Shown: one piece after another, positions 12,861 to 26,403 of the stretch
Position numbering within the stretch: position 1 is the first letter of the stretch
How the letters are laid out: each line of letters opens with the position of its first letter
Source of the DNA: Mytilus californianus
Taxonomy: Eukaryota
DNA length: 64,000 nt
Assembly: GCF_021869535.1 (NCBI RefSeq)
Contig: NW_026262582.1
Coordinates: 40,362,001-40,426,000 of the forward strand
Direction of reading: 5' to 3'
Program-made: the position numbers and the translations under genes
Notes under the pieces: model-generated
The model's input: the letters and a program-made list of their open reading frames with translations, nothing else
Databases searched by the model: none
Told to the model about the DNA's origin: nothing

Positions 12861-13424
12861 AAGATGTGGTATGATTGCCAATGAGACAACTCTCCACCAG
12901 AGACAGAAGATGTGGTATGATTGCCAATGAGACAACTCTCCACAAGAGATTAAATGACACAGAAATTAACAACTATAGGTCACCGTACGGCCTTCAACAA
13001 TGAATAAAACCCATACCGCATAGTCAGCTATAAAAGGCATCGAAATGACAAATGTAAAACGATTCAGGACGAGAATACTAATGGCCTAATTTATGTACAA
13101 AATAATGAACGAAAAACAAATAATTTATAAAGCAACAAATGACAACCACTGAATTACGGTCTCCTGACTTGGGACAGGCACATACAAAATGTGGCGCGGT
13201 TAAACTAGCTTGTTGGCGCCAAACCCTCCCTCTAATCTGGGACAGTGGTGTAACGGCACAACATAAGAACAAACTATGCAAAACAATAAACGAAATACAC
13301 AAATGAGAAATAGCAAAAACTGACAACCACTCAATTACAGACTCCTGACTTGAGACAGGCACCTATAGAATGTGGCGGGGTTAAACTAGTTTAAAGGCGC
13401 CAACCCTCCCCCTAACCTGGGACG
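12861..13424 (+). mobile_element. Family A repeat with a duplicated head (46-bp period) and a duplicated 3' module
   Basis: The head repeats at 12861 and 12907. The GACAACCACT...CCTGACTTG.GACAGGC...CTGGGAC module occurs at about 13140 and 13321. Confidence 0.85.
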
Positions 13425-13526
13425 GTCATTTTCATTGTGTTATTAACCTTAGACTCTATCACAAGTATAAGTATTACCAATATATAGTTAAGATATTAAT
13501 TTTAATTGCATTACTTGGTATTTGCT

Positions 13527-13800
13527 TAACGTCCAGCACCAAAATTTCAGGCATATTCAGGACGAGAATATTTTAATTAGAGATAGTCAAAATCTCCTAC
13601 GCGATTTTTAAGTCTACATATCCAGTGGCAGATATTTCAAGCATATTCAGGACGATAACATTTTGATTAGAAATAGTCCGAATCTCAAATATGATTTAAA
13701 AGTACACCTTTCAAGTGGCCAATATTTCACGCATATTCAGGACGATGATATTTTAATTATTGATACATGTAGTCCAAATATCTAATATGATTTTAATGTA
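13527..13800. repeat. 90-bp tandem repeat (3 units) built on a SINE 3' end
   Basis: GCATATTCAGGACGA at 13551, 13641 and 13731. Confidence 0.85.
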
Positions 13801-14931
13801 CATACAAACACTATATATATTAATCCTTTGTCAGATCAGTCTTCATTTGACGCATCTTTAAAAGATTTAAATTTATCAACACCTGTATTTGCATATTTGT
13901 TTAATAAGATACTTCTCATGTTTAAAACAATTCAAATAATCCGACATATGGACAAATACTTCATAATGGTTTGATATGTATGAAAAATTGGGCAAGAGAA
14001 GGAAAGGTGACATACATTTATAATTTATTGATAGACATGTCAGAGGTATTCGTGCAGTGTACTTCAAGCTGTTCCATTGATGTAATGCAACTGACCAAGA
14101 TATTCACAATTCATAAGAAAATATTCACTTAGAGTCAGCATGACTTGATAGTTTCTTCCATTTCCCTATTCAGGGGCCGTCTCAAAATCTATTTGTTTTT
14201 TGAATAGTGGATTAAATTGAAATTAAGTATATTAAAACTGTAATAAAAAAAATCGGGGGAGTGGTTATTTTATTCATATTCATATAAAACTGCGTACTTA
14301 TATGAAAATCGTCAACAGTTTGAACACCTGATTAATAGACAAAAGGTATTCTGACACTGTCCATGAAATTTATTCTGAAAGTGTTATCAAACTTCACAAT
14401 ACATTCTTCTGTTAGCCCATGTTAGCCCATGTACCTAATAAGTACACATACTAAGTATATAATCAAATGGATACCAAATAAATTATTGAATTGATTCTAC
14501 ATAAATATGGATAGATGGACGAAATAATCAATGAAAATCACAACTTTGGGTTAAACACTTGAATGTGTGAATGATATCAGGTGTTCCAAAAAAATAAGAA
14601 TACACTGTTTCGAAATTTAATGTATTCTGAATGTTTTCAAAATACGTACACTAAAACGTTGTGATTTGCTATCAACGTCCTAAACAATGCAAATGCAACC
14701 AATTACGTGACGTTATTTTCATTTGGTGTACACACAATGAGATTACCCATAGTAAAATTGATAAGATGATGGGAGTTTTTGGCTATAGCAAAGAGGACAA
14801 AAAGAAAAGAAAGTCCAGAATAGCACAAATCTAAATACTTTACAACTTGAACCCCACGACAAACTTGAACCCCACGACATACAGAGAGAAGGGTAAGAAC
14901 ATTCCTCAACTACGGTATCAATTAAGATCTA

Positions 14932-15060
14932 AATGCTTCTTTTTGTAAATTTATTGGGGTGTAAAAGCGTTGACTGAAGTCAAAACGGAAGCGATTCATT
15001 CAAAAAATGTGCGCACGGTCAACGCTTTTACAACCCTATAAAATTACCAAAAGAAGCATT
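14932..15060. mobile_element. Short palindromic MITE
   Basis: AATGCTTCTTTT...GGGGTGTAAAAGCGTTGAC / GTCAACGCTTTTACAACCC...AAAAGAAGCATT. Confidence 0.8.
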
Positions 15061-16123
15061 CAGTACTTATAATTACATTTTTGTTGCTAGGATCATGAAA
15101 ACACGATTTCTATCATGTTTTTCTTTTATATACCTGTCCACTTTGCATGTGTCATCATGAATGTTGCATTTCATTTTGAAATGAAGGTTGATTTCAGAAT
15201 GACGCGAGATTGCTGTTAGCCAATCAAAATAACGTATTATAATGAAACATACATGTAATGTAATTATTGAGAAATAACTTAAACAATTTCGTAGTTTTTA
15301 AGTACACGTTCGATAATCTCTAACATATTAAAAACGAATTAAGGCTTGAAGAAGATTTACATCACTAATAATTAATCCTTACACGATCTTCATTTTGTTC
15401 ATATAAATTAAATTTTCTACTTTCAGCAACTGCTCTAGTAACACAATTTTATCTTTGGATTACTATACTTCATTATTTCCAGCGCATAATCTTGATTTCA
15501 AGCTGTCTGATTTTCTTTGAAACATGTGGAACTATCTTAATGGGGTTTTGTACTGGTTTTGTACTGGATGCATAGTGTGCGACTTGTCCTCCAAATATGT
15601 AACGTTGAATATGAATTATTACAGATGTAAAGTCAATATGAAAACTAAGAATATAGGTGCAGGGATGTATAATATCACGCGAAAACAAAGTCGCGATCTC
15701 ACGAGACAATAATGTCTAGATCTCACGAGACAACAATGTGTGACTTAATGGTTAAAAATATAACGATATCATATGTAAACATAGCTTTTTTCTTTTCAAA
15801 TTAAGAAATAATTAAGGGATGTTGCCTTTTTGATTTTCAAAAATTTCAACACATTAAAGCAGAAACGGCATACAAAAAAAAAAAATACAAAAAAAAAAAA
15901 TTAAATAAACGAGTTGAGTGTCGCTGATGAGTTTTTATGTTGTGTAGACAAAACGTGCGTACAGCCTTTAAATATTTACGTATGTATAAAATGGGGCTTC
16001 AGTGCATACGTCAAAATAGCAACACAAGAGAAGCTGGGAATCAAGGACATCTTACAGTCAATATACGGTTTTTAACAATTGACTTTTACTTTTACAATAT
16101 ATCAAACGCCAGGGCAATTTCAA

Positions 16124-16434
16124 AGGTCGTGGGTTCAAATCCCGGCCGGATCAAACCAAAGTCTTTAAAATTGGTATTTGCTACTTCTCCGCTAAGTACG
16201 CAGCATGAAGAAGTAAGAGCAAAAACTGGTCGTCTCAGAGTCAGAATATTGTGTCCGGGTAAGGTATCATGTCTTCCTGCGGACTGTTACCTTGTGAACT
16301 AGCACGTTAAAAATCCGGCTAGCGTGTGGGTCTAGTACAAAGCAGAATTACTATTCATATTACATTAACATGTTCTCGTCCTGAATATACATATTATTTT
16401 GCCGCTGGACGTTAAGCAGCCATCCATCATCATC
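16124..16434 (+). mobile_element. tRNA-derived SINE (family E), 5'-truncated
   Basis: Highly similar to 22679-23045; (CAT)n tail. Confidence 0.85.
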
Positions 16435-16596
16435 AGAAACCACCATTGTTGTTGTTCCTTGCTTGGAACAGGTACAAGAATATATGGCAGGTTAAAACTA
16501 CTTAGTTAAGGACCCATCTCTCTTTATAATTTCGGTCATAGAAAAATAAAAAAATGTATGCTAGAAGGTACAATGGAATCCGTCGCGAAAGTACTT

Positions 16597-16818
16597 AAAA
16601 GAGAGGCGAAAGATACCAAAGGGACATTCAAACTCACAAGTCGAAAATAAACTGACAACGCCATGCTAAAAAAAAAACCAAAAAGACAAAAAAAAAAAAA
16701 AAACAAAAAAAAAAACAAAATAAAAAAACCCAAACAACAACAGTATACAACACACAACATAGAAAACTAAAGACTGCGAAACCCGAACGTCACCAAAAAC
16801 CGGGGTTGATCGCAGGTC
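16597..16818 (+). mobile_element. Family G interspersed repeat
   Basis: GAAAGATACCAAAGGGACATTCAAACTCACAAGTCGAAAATAAACTGACAACGCCATG...ACATAGAAAACTAAAGACT. Diverged relatives lie at about 7262-7440 (-) and 45045-45195 (+). Confidence 0.7.
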
Positions 16819-17727
16819 CTTAAATTTACAACACGGATATTATATATGACAATAGCACAGGTTAAAGGAAAACAGTTCTAAAAATAACATTATAACAAAG
16901 AATACTCGAGGTTACCGCAAACAGAGGCGGATTTAGTAGGGGGAATGGCAGCGTGCCCGCCCCCTTATGGAGCTACATATATGCTTAATGCATAGAATTT
17001 GTGTATGTTCCACTCCTAGCGTTACCTAGTTTTGGTGTCGTCCCTTTTTCAAAATCCTGAAAGCATCAGGAAAGCAACCATAAAGTACTTCAACAGGCAA
17101 TCTTATTCCATTCAATTAGCAATTCATTCGACACTAAGATATATAAAATACGTTTATAATCAAAGCTAAATTCACAGGTTTTTTCGTTTATATGTGGCGA
17201 AAAAAATCTATTTAGCTGTAATGCGCTATTGCTACATGAAACGTTGCACGTGTTTTCTATAATTAGCCAATAATTCTTCTTTGCTTTGCGTCCACTTGCT
17301 TGCTGGTAGGTTTTTGGGGGTATGTGAGGGTTTTTGAGGGTATGTGAGGGTATTTGGTGGTCTTTTGATGTAAAGGTACTATTTTGATATTTTACCAAAT
17401 CATTTGAAAATAAAAAAAAAGGGTTTATTTCAGTGGATATTTGAACTTTAGTCAAATGTAGTATGATTTTAGTGTTAAAATGGCGTCAACATGTATGGTT
17501 TGTTTAGTTCAACGGTCTGTCTAGTTTTGTGTGCGTTTTTCTCCCTGACTGGCGGGTGCAAAACTTGCCGCAAAACAAATAATAAAAAAAGGCACTACCT
17601 TAAAAAAATTCAAACATCAACATTTTTAGAACTATCTTCTCATAAAATAAAATAGATTAATAGATAAACAAATAGATCATGGAGCAGTTTTCTTTATCAC
17701 CAGATGATCAAAACAAACAAGATACAT

Positions 17728-17938
17728 GACGGTGTGGATGGGAATTTACAGAATGGAGGATAATGGGCAAAAAATATAAAGAATAGAGAAAAATGGGCAA
17801 AAATAAAATACAGAATAGAGAATAATGAGGGGCTAAAATATAAAGGATAGAGAACAATGGGCAAAAAGTATACAGAATGAAGAAAAATGGCCTAAAAATT
17901 AAAGATTACAGCAATGAAGGACCCCTATCCAGACCCTC
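17728..17938 (+). mobile_element. MITE family C
   Basis: Same termini and AAGAATAGAGAAAAATGGGC internal units. Confidence 0.8.
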
Positions 17939-18967
17939 ATACATTGATCACATAAATTGTATCACAGTTTTAATAAGCAATTCCTAGTCCAATTACTGTG
18001 ACACTTTATTTACATTCAGATAGATCATACTTAGAACAAATAGTTGCTATCCACAGTTTCGTATTCACATGTATCCTTTAAATCTCTATTTCTCTGATAA
18101 GCTTTGGATAATACGCTCTAGAATTTTCCGCGAGTATTTAAATTGGTGAGTATAATTATTTTCCTTTTTTCATGTTTAAATTTACAATAAAACTTTTATT
18201 TTCTTTCCTAATTTGAATCAACAAAGAAAAAGCCGGTACTTTTGACCCCATGCACGGCTTCAAAGAAAAAAAATCTCTCACCCTAAAAGTGTAAGGAATG
18301 GATATAAAATAAGGATATGTGGTATGCTAACCATGAGACATCTATTCACCAAAAAATCTAAGGACAATTTCTGTGAACAACTACAGGTCACCGTACTGCC
18401 TTCAACCATGAGTTAACCCATACCATAAAGTAATCTATTAACCAACCGTGCGAGACCCTCTTGTGTAGTCAAGGTTTTTAAAAAATCCCTAGTAGTAGCC
18501 AGAGGCCCTGGATAACAAAATGTGATATTACAACAGTGAAAAACCAACGGCCTGGTCTATACAACGAAAAACAAATATGACTGACGATAGCAAACGATAT
18601 CTTCAACTATAACGCGCGCTTCTAAAAATATGTTGTCCATTTCCTTTGTAGTCAAGTGACAATGCAGCATGTAAACATGATACTTTAGTACATGACAATG
18701 TCGATATTTTCAAGCAAATCTGACATGTGACAAAGTGGATTCATTTGTGTCATAACCCCTTTTGTCTAACAATGACTATGTTGCAGGATTTCCTGATTTG
18801 ATTCAATTTATACTCAGCTGATATGGGTGTCTTGATGAACTACCCATGTGAACTAGCTTCAATGTATATATTTTTTCAAATTGCTTTCATTCACATGTAC
18901 AAAGGCTTTCTTTTACTCATTCTGTTATATAAAAGAGTGTCAATAGCCGTTAGAAACAGCTTTATAA

Positions 18968-19272
18968 ATAAGAAGATGTGGTATGAGTGCCAATGAGACA
19001 ACTATCCATCCAAGTCACAATGTGTAAAATGTAAACAATTATAGGTCAAAGTACGGCCTTCAACACGGAGCCTTAGCTCACACCGAACAGCAAGCTATAA
19101 TGGGCCCCCAAAAAGACTAGTGTAAAACAATTCAAACAGGAAAACCAACGGTCTAACTTATATAAAAAACGAGAAACGAGCAACATCTATGAACCACACC
19201 AACAAACGACAACCACTGAACAACAGGCTCCTCCTGACTTAGGACAGGTGCATAAAAATGCAGCGGGTTTAA
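18968..19272 (+). mobile_element. Family A2 repeat
   Basis: AAGAAGATGTGGTATGAGTGCCAATGAGACAACT...CCTGACTTAGGACAGGTGCA. Confidence 0.85.
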
Positions 19273-22200
19273 ATTAACCTAATTGTCCTTGTTAAATAGA
19301 CAATTTCTGTATTTCAAAATTGATATTTGTAACGAGATCAATTCAATTGACTCGTTTTGAATGTTCACACACCAATTGATAAAATCAGATTTTTGACAAA
19401 AAAATCATACTGATTTATAATATTATTATAAGTGAAACTATGTGTGTATTCTATTTCTTTTATTTCGTTTTGTACTCATGTCAATATGCATACTTTCTAG
19501 GGTTAAATTTAAATATCGAGTTAAATATAATTAGAATTTAATTAAAACCACTTGAAGAAGATATTTGGATAACGTTATGCTCTTTTTAAAAAAAGTGAAC
19601 AACACATATGATGTAAAATTATTTACAGACAATGGTAAGAAGAAACAGGGCATTTAATAACGTCACTTTGATAAACCCTAACCCGGATAATTCAGTCCTT
19701 CATCGTGATCGACTCTCCCACTAGCCTTCGTAGAGCAAAGGAATAAACGACTAATTTATTTATGTTATCTAACCAAGCTGAGATTAAAATTTTCGGAAAA
19801 ACAAAACTTATCCTTCTGGAGAACCGGACAACCCTCCCCTTTTTTTTCAATTTGGTGTGGTTCATGTTCTCAGTTTGATCTTTTCTTTGTATTTTTTGGT
19901 GAACTTTTGTTTGAATTTTCGTGTTTTATTCGTTTATCCATGATGGTTTCTGTCTTTCTCTGATTTAACCCCCATTATATCTTCTATCCCCCTTTTTTGA
20001 CAGAAACTTTGAACTTGACATACGAGTGGCTTTGCTAATTACTAGGAGTTTTCATAAATTGATTTGCATATCAAAATCATATTTAAACGACAAGAAATCA
20101 GAAAGCGAAATATTTTACACAAAATGACACGAGTAAAGAATAAAGATAAACCATGTTAAAATAAACACACAAATGGCATGTTTATGTAAGAAAAATGTGC
20201 AATTTTTTTTATATGTTTAATTTCACAATAGTAAGTAGAATTAATTTGATTTTGTATTTTAAGTCAACAAATTCATATTTTGGGATAATACTTCTTGAGT
20301 TGAAAGTCATTGTATAAGTATATAATAACTTAACCAAATTATTGGGTGGGTCACGAAGTTAGACACTTAATTGTATATATAGAATATTGAATGCCAAAAA
20401 TACAAACATTTTTGTATATTCATAACAATTTGCCCTAAGAAGAAACGTGTGACATTTTATTTATCAAGAGTTGAATCATAAAATATATAGTATATGCTTT
20501 CATTTTCGCGTGATTGCATTGTTTTCAAATAATTTGCAAGCGATATAATTTCTTCTTATCTAAGGGTATTTGTATTTATCGATACAAATGAAACTTTTTG
20601 TTAAATTCATTGATACAAATTAATAAAATTAAACTATTGTATTTGTAGGAATAAGACGATTGGGAAAAATGTAGCGGTTTTTTAAATAAAGATCGACAAA
20701 GATAAAAATTACAGACAGAAAAAAAAAAATTTTATTTTATTATATATATATATATATATAACAAACTATCTTGTCTATTTATTATACAAATATTTAGTAT
20801 AAAAGTGTTATTTTAATATACCAAGAAAATAAATAACCTACCTTATTGTTTTAACGGCCGTTGAATCTTTTGTTTATAAACTATTTAAATCCCTTTACTA
20901 TTATAACACACGACTCTACATCTATAGGCGTTGATGTCAAAATGTAAATAATCCAATTAAAGTTTTTTTGCTAATTCGACTTTAAAATGAACTAAAATGC
21001 AACAGACCCCTTTTGAAGGCCATTTTCTAAAGTAGTTTAAAAAGACGATGGCTTTGATGTTAAGTTTATAGACAAATCTCGTAAAACGTCCCACTGATAA
21101 GATGATACTTAGTTCAATGGTGACGGGGTCTTTGTCAGCTGATAGATATGATAGGCGAGAATTTTAATGAAGAAACTGCTAACTTCTAAAACATAATTTA
21201 AAATTAATGTAAACAAATTGATAGAATTTGTCTGTACTTTAATTTGAATTGAGCGCATTGATATTTTAATGAAGAATTTGCGATGTTAAAAATCAAATAT
21301 GATATTTTTTTTTTTTCATTTAATGGTTGAAAACATAAATAAATCTACCTATTTTGGGGAAATTTATAATTTTGAACAAAACCGGTAGTCAGGGAAAGTG
21401 GGTGAGAAGTGGCTTTATAATATTACTTTTAAATTTTAAACATATCTTAAATGTCATATTAACAAATTAAATGCGACAAACACATATATTTTATATATCA
21501 CTGCAATATAAAGCAAACATATATCATTATATTAAATTAATGCAATCAGGAAACATATATACATGTATAAAAATCATGAAAAATCAAGCTCCTCCTTTCC
21601 TCAATTTTAAAGACTGTTAAAAAAAACCTCGATTAGAACATGTGTCACAATTTCTGTTAGTCCGAGGACACAATAAATAAATACAGACCCTACTAGAGTG
21701 GACAGTGTATAACCTTTGTTTTCATACACCTTCCAAATTAAACCCTTTATGTGTAATGCATAAAATACTTAGAAGGGAGTGAAATTGCATGTTAAAAACA
21801 TTTGAGTGATTAAATTTTATGTAAAGTAGTGGTCCACTTAAAAAAGGTCAAAATTAGTATGCCTGAAGCTGTCAATCTGACTTATAGACCCCCTTAACAT
21901 AGAATTATCAATATTTTTAGTGAGATCTGGTAGTTTTTTCTACACTGTAAAAATCTTTTTGAGATATAGCAGGTGCGATTTTTAAAATTTTTGAATTTAT
22001 TGTCTAAAAGAAATGCACTCAAAATAACTGTGTTCTCGGGCCTGTTGATACAGGGTTATAACGAATGTGATTTTTAAACTTTTAAAAACCATTGACGTTG
22101 TCTCTTTCCAGGCCTTTCTTCAGATTTTCAATTTTTCATTTCCCCCCAAAATTACTTCCATGTCATCAGTTTAACATTCTTCTTTTGAGCAAGAACCTTC

Positions 22201-22678
22201 TTTGCTATCCCTATGGGTGGTTAGATCAAATTTTTAAACAATGATTAATTTCAGTAAAGAAATCTGAGCATCAATGCATGGTAACAGTTGCAACCATCTG
22301 AATGAGATTTTGAAAATGCGGTAGAAGCTTTATAAAAATAACATAAAAAGACCCAACTGACTTTTTTGTGCCAAAATAACATGGTATCGTGTACAATAAA
22401 TACAGCGTCCAGGAATACAATATTCAATACGTAAGAAGTAACAGGTTTGTAAAAACTATCTATAATCAATAGGTATTACCAAGCAAATCAAGCTCGAGAA
22501 AACATCTTTTTATCAATTGTTTCACATATTTTCATGCCATTGGTTTTCTGGTTTGAACGGATTTACAATTTGTCTTGACGGAGCCTTTTATAGCTTACTA
22601 TACCATAGGGTATGAGTTTTGCTCATTATTAAAGTTCGTACTGTGACTTTTAGTTGCTTACTTCTATGTCCTTTTGCT

Positions 22679-23045
22679 GCCTCGGTGGTCTTGTGGTATA
22701 GCGTGTTCGCCTCGAGTGAGGGAGGTCGTGGGTTTGAACCCCGGCCGGTTCAAACCAAAGACATTAAAACTGGTATTTGCTGCTTCTCCGCTAAGCACGC
22801 AGCATTAAGGACTAAGAGCAAAGACTGGCTGCTCGGGGTCAGAATAATGTTTCCAGGTAAGGTGTCATGTCTTCCTGCGGACTGTTACCTTGTGAACTAG
22901 CACGTTAAAAATCCTGCTCAGCGTGTCGGTCTAGTACAAAACAGGGTAAATATTAATAATTCATTAACATGTTCTCGTCCTGAATTTGCATATCAATTTG
23001 CCGCTGGACGTCAAGCAGCCATCCATCATCATCATTATCCATGTA
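22679..23045 (+). mobile_element. Full-length tRNA-derived SINE (family E; resembles mollusc Meta/MESC-type SINEs) nested in a family A relic
   Basis: Head GCCTCGGTGGTCTTGTGG...GGGTTTGAACCCC, core TGCTTCTCCGCTAAGCACGCAGCATTAAGG, (CAT)n tail, and 8-bp TSD CTTTTGCT at 22671-22678 and 23046-23053. The family name is from recall and unverified. Confidence 0.85.
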
Positions 23046-24350
23046 CTTTTGCTTAGGTGGATAGTCGTCTCATTGACAATCACACCATGCACGACAACTT
23101 ATATTATACGAAAGCTAGAATCACGCTCGGTCCTTTCTTTGTAGTGAGTTGCGAAAATTACAAAAACGAAATGAGATAAAGAAGAGTCCAATGCATGCTA
23201 CTAGTATATAAGCCTCGGTGTTACTGCGCATGCTTAGAAATATTACACAAAGGGTCTAAAAAAGTAGAATGATATTATAGAATGATAACTCCAGTGCCAT
23301 TTTAGTATCAAATCGTCCAAATTTGCTTTTGACTCGCTTCGCCTTGTGCTATATCTTCAATTATCGAAAGTTACGCCCCTTTCAAAAATCATTGATTCGC
23401 CCCTGGTAAGTTACGGTAAGAAATTTTGTAACGATTTATGTTTTGTCTGTACATGTATGTTTACAATTTTGTTTGAGTATGTTTTAATGTCTATTGATGT
23501 ACTAGTTCCTTTTCCGACTGTACGTGTATCGGAAATGGTGTAAATGTGTGCTTCAGTATTGCTTCTTATTCTGTCATAGTGTTAAATAATTAAGTATTTC
23601 TGAATTTGATGTAGACACTGATATTTTGCCGGCATAAACGAGTTTGAATGAGAAACGTTTTTTTTCTAAGCACTGTCCATTTCATAGTATGCCGCTTGTT
23701 GTTTGCTGAAAGTTCAGCGGTAAATATTTCTTATATATTCGAGCCAAAGCAAGTTAAACAATAGATTATAAGTAAGTTATGTAAAGGGTCTACCATGATG
23801 GAGGTTTGAAATTTGGACTGCCACTGAAAAAGAGGCTTTGATGGAACGACGCAAGAATTCAGATATCGCAACATGCCACCTTTAAATAGCTGTTGCAAAG
23901 GTTTCTTAACATGCAGGGAGCAAGCACCTTCTAAGTCCTGATTAAGACAGGACTTAGCTGGTTGTTTATAAATCCTGCTCAGCCAAATAGAAATCTCTGT
24001 GTCTGGGTCAAGCTTCCGAACGTAAGGATTTCAAGCTACAATATTTCTATAAACAAGTCAACCTTTGGGGTTTCTACAAACACATTCAAATTCATAGAAA
24101 ATAAATGTGATCACTATCTTTAACCAACAAAACTTATTAAGCAGTTTTTCATAATGGGACAGTTGCTAATAAAATTATGTAGAGGTGTAAAGATATTTTG
24201 CACAAAGTAAATGTTCAAAACATATTATAAATCCTTTAATTTTCATTTTTGTGTCAATCTTTTAAATAACCTGCTGTATGTGATCAATTTAGTTTAATTT
24301 TCGATTGCTCTGTAAGCAATTGTTCAAAAAGTGTTTGTCCTACTTGTCCT

Positions 24351-24983
24351 GGGGATACAAATTCCAGCACTGTAGATATAAAGTCCAGCGCTGAAGATAC
24401 AAATTCCAGCAGTGTAGATGTAAAGTCCAGCGCTGAAGATACAAATTCCAGCACTGTAGATGTTAAGTCCAGAGCTGAAGATGCAAATTCCAGCACTGTA
24501 GATATAAAGTCCAGCGCTGAAGATACAAATTCAAGCGCTGTAGATGTAAAGTCCAGCGCTGAAGATACAAATTACAGCACTGTAGATATAAAGTCCAGCG
24601 CTGAAGATACAAATTCCAGCACTGTAGATGTAAAGTCCAGAGCTGAAGATACAAATTCCAGCACTGTAGATATAAAGTCCAGCGCTGAAGATACAAATTC
24701 CAGCACTGTAGATGTAAAGTCCAGAGCTGAAGATACAAATTCCAGCACTGTAGATATAAAGTCCAGCGCTGAAGATACAAATTCCAGCACTGTAGATGTA
24801 AAGTCCAGAGCTGAAGATACAAATTCCAGCACTGTAGATATAAAGTCCAGCGCTGAAGATGCAAATTCTAGCACTGTAGATGTAAAGTCCAGCGCTGGAG
24901 ATACAAATTCCAGCACTGTAGCTGTAAAGTCCAGCGCTGAAGATACAAATTCCAGCACTGTAGATGTAAAGTCCAGAGCTGGA
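24351..24983 (+). repeat. 21-bp minisatellite with 42-bp higher-order unit (~15 dimers)
   Basis: CCAGCACTGTAGATRTAAAGT / CCAGMGCTGAAGATACAAATT alternate with no indels (lines 24361 and 24781 are in register, 420 bp apart). Confidence 0.97.
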
Positions 24984-24985
24984 GA

Positions 24986-25437
24986 TTTATATCTACAACA
25001 CTGGAATTTGCATCTTCAACGCTGAACTTTGCATCTACAGCGCTGGATTTTACATCTCTAGCGCTGGAGATGCTGGACTTTACATTTCCAGCATTTGACT
25101 TTAAATTTACAGCGCTTGACTTTACATCTCCAGCGCTTGACTTTAGATCTACAGCGCTGGACTTCAGATCTCCAGCGCTAGACTAAAAATGTACATCGCT
25201 GGACTTTAGATCTACATCGCTGGAATTTACGTGTCCAGCGCTTGACTTAAATCTACAGCGCTAGACTTTGAAAGACCACAACTCTTTATCTTTATGAGAC
25301 CAACAGGACTTTAGATCTACATCGCTGGAATATACATGTCCAGCGCTTGACTTAAATCTAAAGCGCTATACTTTACATCTCCCCCGCTTGACTTTGAAAA
25401 ACCCACAACTCTTTCTTTATCTTTGTGAGACCATCAG
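24986..25437 (-). repeat. Inverted, degenerate continuation of the 21-bp minisatellite with an internal direct duplication
   Basis: Units resemble ACTTTACATCTACAGCGCTGG (reverse complement of the left array). 25201-25305 is repeated at 25306-25437. Confidence 0.9.
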
Positions 25438-26149
25438 GGCTGGCTCCGTAAATGTCATCTTGTATATAAATGTACTATTCTTGCCCAAAAATGGAAAATA
25501 AATTGGTAAATTATCAAATAAGATAAATACTTTTGGAATTACAGAAAAAGGAAACGATTGGTTTAATCAACCCAAAAGCATTTAACGCGAAACTTATCAT
25601 TCATTCAAAGGGAGGTAACCGAGTTATTAAAATTGCCAACATAATAAGGCGTAATAACGTATAATAAACTGCGAAGTAGGGGTAATGAAAGTGATTAAAA
25701 CCCATTTAAAAGCAATTTGATTCGAAATTATTGAAAGTTTTATGCATATAAATTATTATTCCATTAGGATACATTTATTTATAAAATAAATCAAATTATA
25801 TTTCTTAAGTTAAAAATTTAAGAAACATTTTATGCAATTAAATTTTAAAATGCTATAATTCACAGAAAATGGAACAGGTGCGAGAAATGGGAGACCAATT
25901 CATGGGGTTAAGTATGGGTGAGATCCTGAAAGAAATTGGTGCAGTTATATATGATAAAATTTAGCATAATTGCACGTAAATATAAATACAAATAAAAATA
26001 ACCAAAAAACTCGTGAGATCAGACTAAGGCAATGACAAATACAAATTTTGAGAAAAAAAAAAAGATATAGAGATGTAATCCGTTAGGAAAGGCATTTTCT
26101 GTTGAGTACATTAAATGTATATTTTGCTCATCTTGTATTGAAAACAATT

Positions 26150-26403
26150 GAGCTGCATCGGATAGAAATCGATCTTATGCAAGTGCACGCATACGTGTAC
26201 ATGTATTATATTTCATTTGATTTTGGAACAATCAAATCCAAAACAAAAGATGAATTTTGGTCTGTTTTGTACGATTCTAATATCGACATAATTTGCAAAC
26301 AGTTGCATACTTTGCATAGAGTTTTTTTTTCAACCCGACATAAGTTAATAGAAATATTGATACTCATTTGCATAATGTCGAATTTTTCTATCCGACGCAG
26401 CTC
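26150..26403. mobile_element. MITE (GAGCTGC...GCAGCTC), second copy
   Basis: TIRs GAGCTGCATCGGATAGAAA / TTTCTATCCGACGCAGCTC, flanked by AATT on both sides. Confidence 0.8.

Noticed and set aside
23730-24030. ~100-codon minus-strand open frame (YVRKLDPDTEISIW...)
   Set aside because: No recognisable motif and no compatible acceptor; only blastx could rescue it.
24284-24958. Minus-strand ORFs of LEFVSSALDFTSTV and LQRWTL repeats
   Set aside because: These are artefacts of a stop-free 21/42-bp repeat.
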